A stretch of DNA of 64,000 nucleotides from Antedon mediterranea (lineage: Eukaryota > Animalia > Echinodermata): NCBI RefSeq assembly GCF_964355755.1, contig NC_092670.1, positions 19,206,795 to 19,270,794 on the forward strand. The letters are read 5' to 3'. This document shows positions 37,701 through 50,300 of this stretch, one piece after another. A program made the position numbers and the translations under genes. The notes beneath the pieces were generated by a model. The model made no database searches. It was not told the DNA's origin and saw nothing but the letters and a program-made list of their open reading frames with translations. The first letter of the stretch is position 1. Each line of letters begins with the position of its first letter.

Positions 37701-40584
37701 TCTTTATCATTATACCATAGTCATAGAAGCACAGACAGGTCTCTCATATTTCTTCTCTCTTTATCATTATACCATAGTCATAGAAGCACAGACAGGTCTC
37801 TCACATTTCTTCTCTCTTTATCATTATACCATAGTCATAGAAGCGCAGACAGGTCTCTCACATTTCTTCTCTCTTTATCATTATACCATAGTCATAGAAG
37901 CACAGACAGGTCTCTCATCTTTCTTCTCTCTTTATCATTATACCATAGTCATAGAAGCACAGACAGGTCTCTCATATTTCTTCTCTCTTTCTCATTATAC
38001 CATAGTCATAGAAGCACAGACAGGTCTCTCACATTTCCTCTCTCTTTATCATTATACCATAGTCATAGAAGCACAGACAGGTCTCTCACATTTCTTCTCT
38101 CTTTATCATTATACCATAGTCATAGAAGCACAGACAGGTCTCTCACATTTCTTCTCTCTTTATCATTATACCATAGTCATAGAAACACAGACAGGTCTGT
38201 CATATTTCTTCTCTCTTTATCATTATACCATAGTCATAGAAGCACAGACAGGTCTCTCATATTTCTTCTCTCTTTATCATTATACCATAGTCATGCTCTC
38301 TCTCATAGCAGATTTATAAAAGTAATTCTATATTCTGGTGCAGGTCCGTACTCCTTATGTCTGGACTTGGAATTGGTTCAGAAGATCAACACTTACTGAA
38401 CCTTCAGATGATGATTGACATGGTTACAGGTAATCTAGGCAACATTGAGGATCAAAAGATGACAGCAAACATTGTACAAGTCATCGTCGCTGGCAACAGT
38501 CTCAGCTCTAATGCTAAGAATAAAGACGCTATGTCCATGGTGAGAAATTTAAAAGATATTCAGTATTACAAATATTTCCTATTTAAGTTGAAATAATCTG
38601 ATGTCAGCTATTCAAATGCATAAACAACTTCTTTCTTCTTGAGTACTGTATGTTAATTATTATACAGTCGACTCTCCCAATACCAGACTCTCTGACAACT
38701 AGAAACTCTCACAATATTAGACTCTCTGACAACTGGAAACTCTCACAATACCAGACTCTCTGACAACTGGAAACTCTCCCAATACCAGACTCTCTGAAAA
38801 CTGGAAACTCTCCCAGACCAGACTTTACTTGAAGTTCAAAAGGTCCCAAATTCATTTTTACCATTAAAAATACATTCTGAATACCAGACTTTCCGGAAAA
38901 CCAGACACATTAGGCCAGCCCAAGAGTGTCCAGTATTGGGAGAGTTGACTGTAGTCAGATTTGTTATAGAACTGCATATGTTCAGGTATTGTTATATTTT
39001 ATATAGGCTAAATACTTGACAAGAAATACATCCCCCATCAGCAGTGCAGGTGTGAGGAACTTGGATGATATTTTAGCACAGTTAGTGGTAAGTAAACATT
39101 TATTGTAAGTACCCTCTACTGGGTATCCTTACTGTCAATTGCACTCTTGCAGTATATTTTTTCTAGTATCTGGATTTTATTTCAAAGTCTTATTTTAGAG
39201 TTTCTCCATACCAATTTATGTAATTTCTTATTTATCTGTTCAGAGCTCAATTCCAGTTGACATAATGCCCGGTGAACAGGATCCAGCCAACTACACTCTA
39301 CCTCAACAGCCACTTCACCGTTGCATGTTTCCCCGGGCTAGCTTGTACTCATCCCTCAATCTTGTAACCAATCCATATGAGGCAACAATAGGTGGTTTTA
39401 GGTAATGTTTCTTACTTTATGACATCGTTTTTCTACTGTAAAGTCCCAGAGATTTATTGGTGATTTCTAGCGTTGAACATTAAAGTTGTCGTAACGCGAA
39501 CAAATGAATAGAGGATTCCGCTGCCTCTACTAGTAGGCTCACAGTGAGACGTAGGCCTAGGCATACTAATATCTCTATACTGATGGTTCTTCGTTTTTAG
39601 TAGGGCATATCCTAGCCCAAAACATTTTGGACTAGGCAGAATACTTAGACCTACCTAATATCCCCACGCCTACTTTCCGGAACATCATTTTATAGTCACT
39701 TTGGCAAGGCTAGGCCTAGCTTTGACCACGCTGCGATGCAACAAAAATAAATGTAGTCGTCGTCGTTAGTTAAAAAACGTACCCTTTCCTGTAAATTATT
39801 AACATTTCAATGTTTACACGTAGGAGATCGCCGATTATTGTTAACAATAACGTCGACAGGAAAAGGCCCAAAGTACACAATGTCAGACGGAATGCAACAC
39901 AAGTAGTATATAAGTATGTCGTAAATGTCACATCCCGTTAGGAACCAAGAGGTAATATCTCGGAATAAGTGCTAATGTACTTCAAACCTTCTTTTAGATT
40001 CTGTGGTACATCAGGCCAAAATGTAGAAAGTATTTACAGGACAACAACGATGGATGACCGAATGGAAATCCTAGAAACAACACTCAAGGCTGGTCATGTG
40101 GCACCAACTGCACCAGATTTGTTAGGTTAGTTCAGGTATTGATACCATGATCTCATAAAGATTAAGAGTTTCTGTCACTGGATAATGATAATTACCAACT
40201 TTTGTTTCTTTAATCAGGTTGTTATCCATATTTCAACGATGACCCTTTTATCATCAAACACTGCCCTCATATTTATTTTACCGGAAACCAACCAAAGTTT
40301 CAAACTAAGCGATGGACAGGTGAGAGAATATTGTAAAACTTTTCAATTATATAATATGTCGATATAAATTCCAATTTTTAGTAACTTTGATATATTTTAT
40401 TATTTCAGATTCACTAGGCAAGAAAGTCACATTAATATGTATCCCAGAATTCCACACTACACAGACATGTGTACTAGTTAACCTTCGAACTATGGAATGC
40501 CAACCTTTAACCTTTGACACTGACATATCAGAGCAAGCATCTGATGTTGATATGGCAGATGAAGAGGTGGGTGCAAAACGATGA
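34730..40584 (+). CDS. POLD2: DNA polymerase delta subunit 2 (B subunit, p50)
   Basis: Exons ~34730-34919 ([15 protein letters not shown]), 35017-35138, 35609-35732 ([16 protein letters not shown]), 35893-36007, 38344-38539 (VIVAGNSL), 39007-39087, 39244-39401 ([21 protein letters not shown]...VTNPY), 39999-40125 (GTSGQNV...HVAPTAPD), 40218-40319 (CYP...[16 protein letters not shown]), 40409-40584. Confidence 0.95.
36095..36240 (-). mobile_element. Degenerate SINE fragment (Deu/Nin-like core), directly abutting the minisatellite
   Basis: Reverse complement contains TCCTTATGCATGATGCTTTACTCTCATTGCCTCATCCTTCAGATAGGA...CTATTCGAAAAGAGTAGGG, resembling the Deu/Nin core and the SINE copies in this window. 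Confidence 0.5.
36240..38294. repeat. 57-bp minisatellite, ~36 copies, in a POLD2 intron
   Basis: Unit AGAAGCACAGACAGGTCTCTCACATTTCTTCTCTCTTTATCATTATACCATAGTCAT repeated with few variants; it explains the 696-aa repetitive ORF. Confidence 0.97.
38665..38951. mobile_element. Tc1/mariner (pogo/Tigger-like) MITE with internal 32-bp repeats
   Basis: TA-CAGTCGACTCTCCCAATACCAGAC ... GTCCAGTATTGGGAGAGTTGACTG-TA: long TIRs, TA target duplication, and 4-5 internal units AATACCAGACTCTCTGACAACTGGAAACTCTC. Confidence 0.8.
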
Positions 40585-41029
40585 TGCAGATTTTCTGATT
40601 ACCATTTCATGAATACAATTAATTTGCATATTTAAATGAGGAGATTCCTTATACCTGGTGTACAAGATGACATCAGCCCTAACTATTCTAGTCCATTTTC
40701 TGATTATTTAATATGGTAATATTCATGCAGGAAATTTGTTTAATGTCTGTACTTTACTATGCACAAAAATGATTTATTAAAGACTTTTTCTTAAGAAAAA
40801 CAAACTTTGTACAGTCTGCTATTTTCAGAATGAAAGTACACAATAATATAATAACTTTCTTTTATTAAAAATATACACAGACTAACAACATACAAAATTA
40901 ATTATATATTTATATTATCTATTATAAAAAAAAAAGTTTTAAACAATTTTTTAAATCATCCCTGTTGAAAATACTGAGTTGCCTGAATGAGGGAGGGCAT
41001 CAGTAATGATGCATTTTCACCTGAAATTG

Positions 41030-43675
41030 TTATGTTGTAATGTCTTGATAGAAAAGTAGATATGGTGTTGAGGAATGATGGACGCTGGGTATTGGACAAA
41101 GAAGCGATTTAATGTCTTCTTCTGACAAAACCTCAACCATATCATCATCAAATCGTGCCCATGTTGAATTATTCGTTGTTACAGCACTTGAGGTCTCTTT
41201 GGTTTCTAAGGGTTTGACATTATATGAGGGTACGCGGGCATAGCATACATAATGTCCACTAGAGCTAGTTGTACCACTGTGCATTACGATCGCATAAAGT
41301 TCATACCGCTGATGGCGCTGTTTGCATTCCGTACTGCACCAAGCTGTCAATGTTAGAGTTAGCGGTGTTGCAAGGTGCGTATTGATCTTCGATACTGAAC
41401 CATCTTGATAAAACCTGGAAAAATGGTAAATGTTAATTCATTGTTTAGACTTTTTCAGGTAGGTACATAAATTGTCGCCAATATGATTGAAGGTTTATAT
41501 GCCATAACTCATATCACAGACCAATGTAATATGAATAATGTAATTAAATAATTCTCAATACAACGAACACCAACATCACCAGTTCAGAAGGCGCACTGGT
41601 GCAAGTATTATTATAGTACTGTACTTACCCTGAAAAAACTGTTGAAAATCTCTTAAGATGGAATATTAAAATGGTTGGTAACTTGTGAAATAATACCGAT
41701 CTTTCAGCTTCATTGTGCTGCAAACAGCGCTCACAGAAATACTTATTTGTGTCAGTCAGTCGTTCCGTACACGTATACTCCGACAAAGCCCAGCTAAGTG
41801 AAAGGTTAGTTGGCGTTAGACCACAATCTGCAAAAACAAAGTGTTTAAGAAGTTTAAGCCTAGTCTACACTAGCAAACCTCTTGTTTTCTGCAGATTCTA
41901 AAATTTTGTCAATTTGGTTTACACTAGCAAACTTTGGAGAACTACTTTTGACAAACTTAAAGTTTGAAAACAGAAGTTTATCAGTGTAGACAAGAGTTTT
42001 TACTACATTTAATTGCATTATTCTAACATTCTGTTTCTTTTTCCATAAAGTAGTCTCACCATTTGAGGAACTGCTGCAAACATCAGACACCTTCTGGACA
42101 GGTAGTCCCACCTCTTGGAAATCCTCGGTGCGCTCATTAAATTCTTCACACTCACTACATCTGGTTCTCAATAAAACCAAGCCTTGAAACAGTCGTTCTA
42201 CAAAATCATACTTATTGGTGGCTGCTGTTGAGTTGGAGACAACATCCTTTTTTGCTGGAACTTCTGGTGTTTCCATTGTTAATTTTGATTCCTCTGAGCC
42301 ACTAGACACCTCCATCAAATTTGCTTCATCATGCTTTTCAAGTGTATGTTCTTTTTTCACTTTTAAATCATCCTTTACAGACTCATTCTCTTCAGTTTTT
42401 ACATCTTTAACAAGCTTTTCCTTTTTTCCACTTTTTCTACCTTTTTTAACTTTTAGTAACCCGTTATTTGTTTTAGAACTTGTCTTTGGTTTAATGTCTT
42501 TTTTGGCTTTACTACGCAGCTCAACATCATTTGATTGTGCAGTATCTACTTTTATTTTTTTAGCTGTATTACAGATAACATTAGATTCAACAGGCTTATC
42601 TACTGCATTACTGTCTTGTTTAATTCCAAACATAGATATAGTTGGTTGGTTAGATGGTCTTTTGAGCCTCCTTATACCAAGTGTTTTTTTCTGAACATGG
42701 CCTTCAGAGGTCACTGGTACACTATCAGATTCGAGTGAATTCTTTCTTGTTACAGAGCTACTGCTAGGCCTTGGTATATATTCTAACTTAGTAGTTGGCA
42801 TACTCTTTGCTGCCTTGATTCCACCAAGAAGCTTGCCATCTGTGCCGATTTCTCTGCAGTGTATAACCTTGCCGGAAATTCCTTCAGGGGTATTTTCGTC
42901 TTTATGCATAGACTTCAACTGTTGGCAGGCATCTTGGATGATACTCAGGATACAGCAGAGAAGCTCTTGTGCATCATGCTGAAGATAACCTTCAAACATC
43001 GGCTTTATTGTTCTGTAAAAGAATTAAAAAAATATTATGTGTACAGATTTAGTCTTGCTTATTGAGCTATGGTCCTCAAGATTTATTATTTTTTGACTTT
43101 ATAAAAAAACATACTTAAGTTTGTTGAGAAGGTATTCAGGATAAACGGATAAACTAGATTGTATTTCAAGATCTTCCAGATATTGTTCCTCTGTTTTACG
43201 CATTGAATAAAACAATTTATCTAATTGTGCAAGAAACCGCATGTAGTTGGTAACACCAGGAGTCTCATAATCTCCATTAGACATATTTTCTTCCTCTTCT
43301 TTCTCGACATTCTTTATTTTTTCTGATAGGTCCTTAATACCCTGTGTGAAGCCTGGTGTGTAACGCAAGGCTTGAACCACGCTGTTGAAAAAGCAGGTAT
43401 TGCCAAGGTTTTGTAGGCCAGTATAGGGTGGTGGAGGCTCAAGACTTTCTAGTAGTTTTGGTTTTAAATCTTCATCTCTGCAAAACAAAAATTTACATTT
43501 ACAAAAACATTTATAGTATACAAAAGAAGGAAATACATTGTAGCTTTAAACTATAGAAACAAATAACTTACTGTTTAGTTATTTCATCACCCTTCTTTGG
43601 AATTTCTGCATCTGGTTTACTGCGCTTCAATGACAGTTTACCTTTTAAAGAGAGTTTGTTTGCCGTTCTCTTCAT
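41030..43675 (-). CDS. USP1: Ubiquitin-specific protease 1 (USP1-like deubiquitinase)
   Basis: Cys box GLQNLGNTCFFNSVVQALRYTPGF; GYLQHDAQELLCCIL; FVERLFQGLVLLRTRCSECEEFNERTEDFQ; His box YELYAIVMHSGTTSSSGHYVCY; WARFDD; TPYLLFY. Exons ~43675-43572, 43478-43116, 43013-42060, 41828-41629, 41415-41030. Confidence 0.87.
41857..41998. mobile_element. Related Harbinger-like MITE (different subfamily) in a USP1 intron
   Basis: GCCTAGTCTACACTAGCAAAC ... AAGTTTATCAGTGTAGACAAGAG imperfect TIRs. Confidence 0.55.
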
Positions 43676-44232
43676 TGTCAATAAATTATCCTATTATATA
43701 AATAAATATTTAAAGAGACATTAAATTAAACAAAATAAATTGTTTTCATATTTAAAAAAAAAAATTGTAGGCCTAGTCTGGACTGGGTTACTACATTACA
43801 TAACAAGGCGGACGCGGCTGCGTTCCAGTCTGTCTACTACTACTAGGCCTAGAGTAGGCCTAAAAGTTTTAAAACCTGTAATATATTGTTGAAAAACATT
43901 TTATCATATTTAAAACCTCAATATAGTAAAATAATTAATCAAAGTATAATTAAAACACAGTAATAAGTCACATCATACCTCCTAATTGTGTCGAACTAAA
44001 AAACAAAATAAATACTTTAATTCGATCAACAACAATCAGAAATTCCCCGCCATCACAGATGGTACCCCTAAGCTACTAAAAATATTGTTTGAATAAATTA
44101 AATTTTCGTAAATTAAATTTTATAGCCATTATTTTTGTAACCCAAAACAAAATAATCTAACATTTGACTTATTTTAGGAGTTTTAATTTGATTTATTTAG
44201 ACTTTAGGGCCTATTTAGTATTTACAGTTATC

Positions 44233-44266
44233 TTCCAATCATGGAGGTATACCTCCATGTTCCAAT
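44233..44266. mobile_element. 20-bp palindrome with 7-bp target-site duplication (putative P/Galileo-type footprint)
   Basis: TTCCAAT-CATGGAGGTATACCTCCATG-TTCCAAT. Confidence 0.7.
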
Positions 44267-44342
44267 TTAGTACACACGGACGTACAAACAGAGTCCAGTT
44301 AAATTTTAGTAGCCTGGGGGTACGTGCGTAACACATTTTAAA

Positions 44343-47300
44343 ATGGCGACTTACGAGCCAGAAGCGCCTGTTTTTGTAAGTTGATCTTTCATTTAATGTT
44401 ATTTAAAGATAATTTATATAAAAAAAATAACAATTTATTAGAGTTTAAGTTTTTAAAAAAATAATCAAATGGTAGAAAACCCTTTTTTGTCGGTAGAAAC
44501 AGGCCAAAGGTACAGTAGTATGGCTAGGCCTCTAGGCCGGTCGCATGTGTTTTGAATGTTGTTGAAATGCGCTTTTAATTCATTGTGTGTGGTACCTAGA
44601 ATGATGGAATAGTCGATTCGCCCTTAATTATCTGTACACCGTGAGACTTCATTGGTATTAGATGTGCGCGATTTTAAACGATTTCGCTATTTGTAATTAG
44701 GGCAAATCGGTTAAATTTTTCACATTGATTTAATAAATATGATTTTATTTTAGAAATACTGCTTCTATTTAATTCTGTAATATTAATTAGGCTAGCCTAG
44801 GTCCTAGCTAGACTAGGTAGCTAGAGGCTATATTTAAATGTTTACGGTACTGCATTATATAAATAGTTTTAGTATTAGGCCAAAGCTTATCTATCGTTTA
44901 TTTTATATATAAATAATTTTTCCCTAATTTGTTTTGTTTGCAGTGTATTCCAGATGAAGATGCAGCTATACATGGTCTGTCAGCATGTTGGGGCCTGGGC
45001 CATCAACTTGTGTTACATGCAGGAATAGGCAAGAAATGCTTCGTAGAAAATGAAGGTACAAAGTCATGGTGTGGGTTCAAGTCCTGTTTGATTCGAGAAA
45101 AAATATTTTATATTAAATTTTCATTACATTTGTTTTACTTTTTTAGAAGTTGGTCATTACGATTCGAAGTTAAAAGCTCCCTCTATGATTCATATAATGA
45201 ATTGGGAAGTGGATATGCAAAATGCAGAAACTCGAAAGTTGGTCAGTGAGTCCTACAGTAAGTGCAACATGATTGGTTGACTGTAATTTCTCAATTACTA
45301 ATAAAATTTCTTCATGGTTACTTGATGGTAAATAAATGCTTTTATTTTATTTTCAGATATTTTCCAGTCTTTACAGACGTTTGAACCAGAGTCTATAGAT
45401 GCTGCAAGAAAACCACAGTAATTATGATAGATAATCTATTAATTAAATTCTCTTTTAGTATTCTGTCATCTTACAGTAGAAGACCCACATTTTCCCTGGC
45501 CATAGGGTTACTAGGGATCTCCCAAAGGAGGGGTTCTACTACTGTATTTTAGTTTGTTTGTTTATGTTTTTCTGTTATATGTTGATAATATACAGTACCT
45601 TTTATTCACCTAATACTGATACCTCTTACCTTACTTTATAGCTTGGTAAAGTTTAGTAGGAAATACCGTTCCATAGTAGCAGCATGTGTACAGAATCTTC
45701 GAAAGGCAAGCCAAGGTAATCTATCATAGTTCATCTGCAGATACACTGATGTAATACAATTTTTTTAACTGTTCAATTAGGGTTAAAGTTGACCTGACCT
45801 TTTTGTTTAGATCCAAAGAATGGGGAGGAAGTTTGTGAGTACTATGCCGTTCAGTGTGAGGTATTCCAAATGATCGGGCTGTTGTGGAGTCTTTGCGAGA
45901 TCATGTTTGTAGAAACGTTGCCAGGTAGGTGTAGTAAATTGCGAGATCATGCTTTTAGACATTGAAAATGTGTAGGAAATTTGTGAGATAAACCATCCAA
46001 TTACATTTACATTATTACAGTACAAGATTTTGAGTGATCATGTTTTTAAACTTTGGAATATAAAGGTGTAGTGCGATATTTGATATGGAAAATAATTATC
46101 CAATTTTAAGTTGCATTCCGTCTCTTCTAAAGATTTTGTGAGGTAATATTATAATATAATATGAATATGTGAATATAAAGATAAATTCTAAAATGTTATT
46201 TATTCCATTCCATATTTAGTCTCTTCTACAGGTAGTGTCAGAATGTTGAACAAGTTTGTTTTTATTTGTAGGTGGGGTTGCTCTGCAGCAGTTACTAGAC
46301 TGGGTTAAGTGGCACTTTGATCAGGGTGATAGATTAGCCAAAGAAATCCTCAAATCACCAAATCCAACACAGTCACCAGAATACTGGAATGCAGTAAGTA
46401 TAATAGTAAATTAAGCTGATTACAGGAAAAACCTACCCTTTCATTACTCATCTCGAATATAATAAGGAACCACCCAGAACTAAGGCAACACATTAAGCCA
46501 AAGATTAAACAATAGCATGTAACTTGTACGTTTTAATATGTAACCATGTAAAATTGTTGTTATCATAGATTTATATATATGTACTTCAAGGCAGGATAGC
46601 GGAAGCTAGAAACCTCCTTTCATTACATCCTGGTCGTCAACGAGATATTCATGGGGTAAGCAGTTTATTTTTACAGTACATAGATCAACAATCAAACTTC
46701 TCTGATTAATAAGTGGCAAAGTCAGTATCTTTTGACTACAACTTGACTGAGTCAAGATGGTCATGATACAATGCTTGCATACACATCACCTTGCAAATGG
46801 TGTTAACTAAAAATACATATATGTAGTATTAATATCAACTGGTTTAAGAAATAAACACTCCTACTAGCAAATACACAATGGAAAAGTGCTACCTTGATCT
46901 ACATAGTACATAACTCGCTAATTTTAGGATTGAAATAAACTCATGTTTTCTAAAATAATTGAAAGCATAACCATGAGGAAAAAATGATAAAGTCAGCGTG
47001 TGAACCAGGATGTTAACCACAAAGCTACAGTTCCACTAATTTTTCAGATATCAATTTGTTTGCTAATATTGGATAGCTCTTCTAAATAGTGTATGAATAT
47101 CATTTTTAAGCATACTTAGTTTGGTACGTACTATGTTCTGTATGTATGTTTTACCAGTATTCTTGTGGAAAATAAATTTATTTGACATTTTCATTTTAGG
47201 TTTATTCAAGGCTTGATGAACTTCTTCGTAAGATGCCTATATTTGGTGCGTTTACGCGACAATCCTTAGCCGAGTTTGACATGAAGTGGCGCCACTGGCA

Positions 47301-50300
47301 AGATCAATGCCTGCAGTGTTTAGAAGATCATGAATTGTCATCATATGCTGAACTAGAAACTATTTGCCGTGTAAGTACAATACAGTTATTTTGTTTTTAT
47401 ACAATAAAATAGTTAAGTTAAGGTTTTACAAAACATATTGGTAATACAAAGAAAAACATGAAATAAATTATTATAATGAAAAAATTTTCAAATAAAATGA
47501 ATGAAAGAAAACATTTTTTTATTTCTATATACAAATGATTTTATTTTTATTTGTAATTGATGTTATGAGCAAATTAAAAAAAAATTATCTAAATCATTTA
47601 TTTGTCAACAGATTTTAACTGGAGAGGAGAACGTGTTTATTGAGCTACGTGACCTAACAGGGACTTGGTACCAAATGCTAGTAGCGAAGCTGCTGTACAC
47701 CAACCCTACAGTAAAGACGTTTGATCTACAATATCACACAAAGGTGTTTTATTTGCTTATTCTTTACCACCAGTAAAGTTAATTCTATTAGTTTTGATTA
47801 TTTCAACTGTAAGCCTCAATGATTGCTGTATATGGGTATGAGTATAATGCCATGTTGAATTGCAGTATAATCCCACGCTTGAGTATAATCCCACGCTTGA
47901 GTATAATCCCACTCTTTAGTATAATCCCACTCTTTAGTATAATCCCACTCTTTAGTATAATCCCACGCTTGAGTATAAGCCCACTCTTGAGTATAATCCC
48001 ACGCTTGAGTATAAGCCCACTCTTGAGTATAATCCCACGCTCGAGTATAATCCCATGCTCGAGGATAATCCCATGCTCGAGGATAATCCCATGCTCGAGG
48101 ATAATCCCATGCTCGAGTATAATCCCACGCTCGAGTATAATCCCACGCTCGAGTATAATCTCGTAAAATCCCACGATTGAATATAATCCCACGTTCGAGT
48201 ATAATCCCACACTCAAGTATAATTATATAGATAGAATAGATTATAAATATAATCCCACCCTTCTCATTTAGGTTAATGAAAACAAGATTGTTAATGCAAT
48301 CTGACTAATTATTGGCAAAATGTGTACCCAAGCCCATTGGGGCTATAATCGGGTCATATACAGTAATGAGGATTAATTATTTGGCAATTTGTCTTTCAAT
48401 TTGGAATCATTGTTCTCAATTTAGTCGTGTTTAGATGCGTACGGTGGCAGTAGCAGTTTGACCCCATTTGACAACATCTTGCTGGCAGCACTTGAGTTTG
48501 ATATCCATCAAGTTATTAAGGAAAGCAGGTAAATTTCAATTGAATCTTTAATTTCGGAATCTCTGTTCCGTAGAAATATACATCATTTTGTATAAATTAA
48601 TAAATTTCATTACAAATACGTTTATTCATCAAATCATATATCAGTGATAAAATGATATGTACAATGTTTTAAAGAAAATGATGAAATGGGGTCTCAGGAA
48701 ACAAGGAAGATTTGTCTAAAAGAGACCCCAAAATTAAATTAATTAAAACTATAATAAGTGACAAGAGTACAATATGGTGAATAATACTATTCCATTTTGT
48801 TTTTTAGCACATGCTTAAATAATTGGTGGTTCAGTGCTCATATAACAGATTTACTGCACCATTGTGGTCAGTTAGAAACTCACCAACTTAAGTAAGTACT
48901 TGAAAGTTAACATGTTGGCTCTCAATTTGCATTCAATAGCTGGAAGAACATAAGAAAGACAAATTAAATAATCTTCTAAACTAAATAATTAAATTTTTCA
49001 GCTATGGCTCCAACTTGAGGGAATTCTTACTTCTGGAATATGTATCTAGTCTAATGTCACATAAAAGGTATGATGATTGAGATTTTTATTTAGTTACATA
49101 GGTCATATGTACATATTAATGAAGATTGTCATGTTTTGCAATCCATGTCCAATCAGTGAGTGAGTGGCCGAGCGGTTAAGACAGTGGAACCGTAATCACG
49201 TAGCCATAACATCGGCAGGGGTTCGAGGCTCACTCACTCCATGGTTCATGGTACACATCTAGCTCGTGTGCACTTTAAAGAACCTAGTACATCTTTCGAG
49301 ACGAGTAGGGGGTTACCCCGGTGTATTAGTACATCACAGCCACTGATCACCAACTGGGCCCTCTGGGAGACCAGTCTTTGACTGAAGAGGTTACCCAGTA
49401 TAAATATATATTTCAATTCAATTCAGTCCTGCACAATAGCAGAATTTGAAGTGTAAAAAAAGGTTGATTTAGATTACCCATAAAATTTCACTCGCAGTGC
49501 AAAATGCTAAGATAAAAAAATAATAATGTTTAATATTTATACTTTTAATTTTTTTTAGTATGTGGCAGATATGTATGGGATATTTAGATCATTGTGCTGA
49601 GTCTGGCAGGTAGGAAATTAAAAGTATTATTGTAGTTTAAATATTTATAATAATATATAAACACAAGAGGCAAAGAACATTAATTCTAAACCGCCCGGTG
49701 ATAAATTTAATTAATTAATTTGAAACGATAAAGATGAGGAAATCTGTGAGAATGAGAAAAAGTCGCCCCAACCGAGACTCAAACTCGGACCGCCTGCTTG
49801 ATATGCAGATGTCCTAACCATTAGACCACTGGGGCTTTCATGGTATTGTTCGAACTCGATTGGATAACGACTCTTTAACATTCTCGGCGTGGTACGGCGG
49901 AACAGCACTAGTCCTCAGTTGTACGCACGCGCAACAGAGATCAAATTGATACGCCCTCATCTTACAGTATTTTTATTCACGAGGCGGGATCTCCGAAGAG
50001 ATACTTTTATATATATAAACACAAGAGGCAAAGAACATTAATTCTAAACCGCCCGGTGATATACTGAAATTTAATTAATTTGAAACGATAAAGATGAGGA
50101 AATCTGTGAGAATGAGAAATATACATATATATATATATGTTGTTAGCTTGTAATATATCTGTTTCTTGTAAAATATAAATATCTTCTTGCTGTTGATTAA
50201 TTTTTGTTGCTTTTATTTCGTACAGGCATTACCAAGAATTGCTAGTTGAACGAATTCCACTACAGACCAACAAAAAGGCTTTGAAACTCTTGGAAATGTG

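Noticed and set aside
36240-38294. CRISPR-like appearance of the tandem arrays
   Set aside because: No unique spacers, eukaryotic intron context, and no cas genes.
36229-38319. 696-aa ORF
   Set aside because: Translation of a 57-bp intronic minisatellite; it switches frame mid-array after a 2-bp insertion, with no sign of coding constraint.
39123-39132. U12-type donor-like GTATCCTT in a POLD2 intron
   Set aside because: The canonical GTAAGT donor 35 nt upstream already joins in frame to the next exon, and the intervening sequence contains an in-frame stop.
42215-42694. 159-aa plus-strand ORF and similar antisense ORFs (e.g. 20934-21155)
   Set aside because: Shadows of Lys/Glu-rich exons on the opposite strand.
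45716-46271. Apparent missing NUP85 exon
   Set aside because: The exon is present at 45811-45924 (DPKNGEEV...[15 protein letters not shown]); the ORF track only showed an antisense ORF.
47803-48216. Repetitive ORFs (HGIILE / SIIPR) on both strands
   Set aside because: Products of a short tandem array within a MITE in a NUP85 intron.
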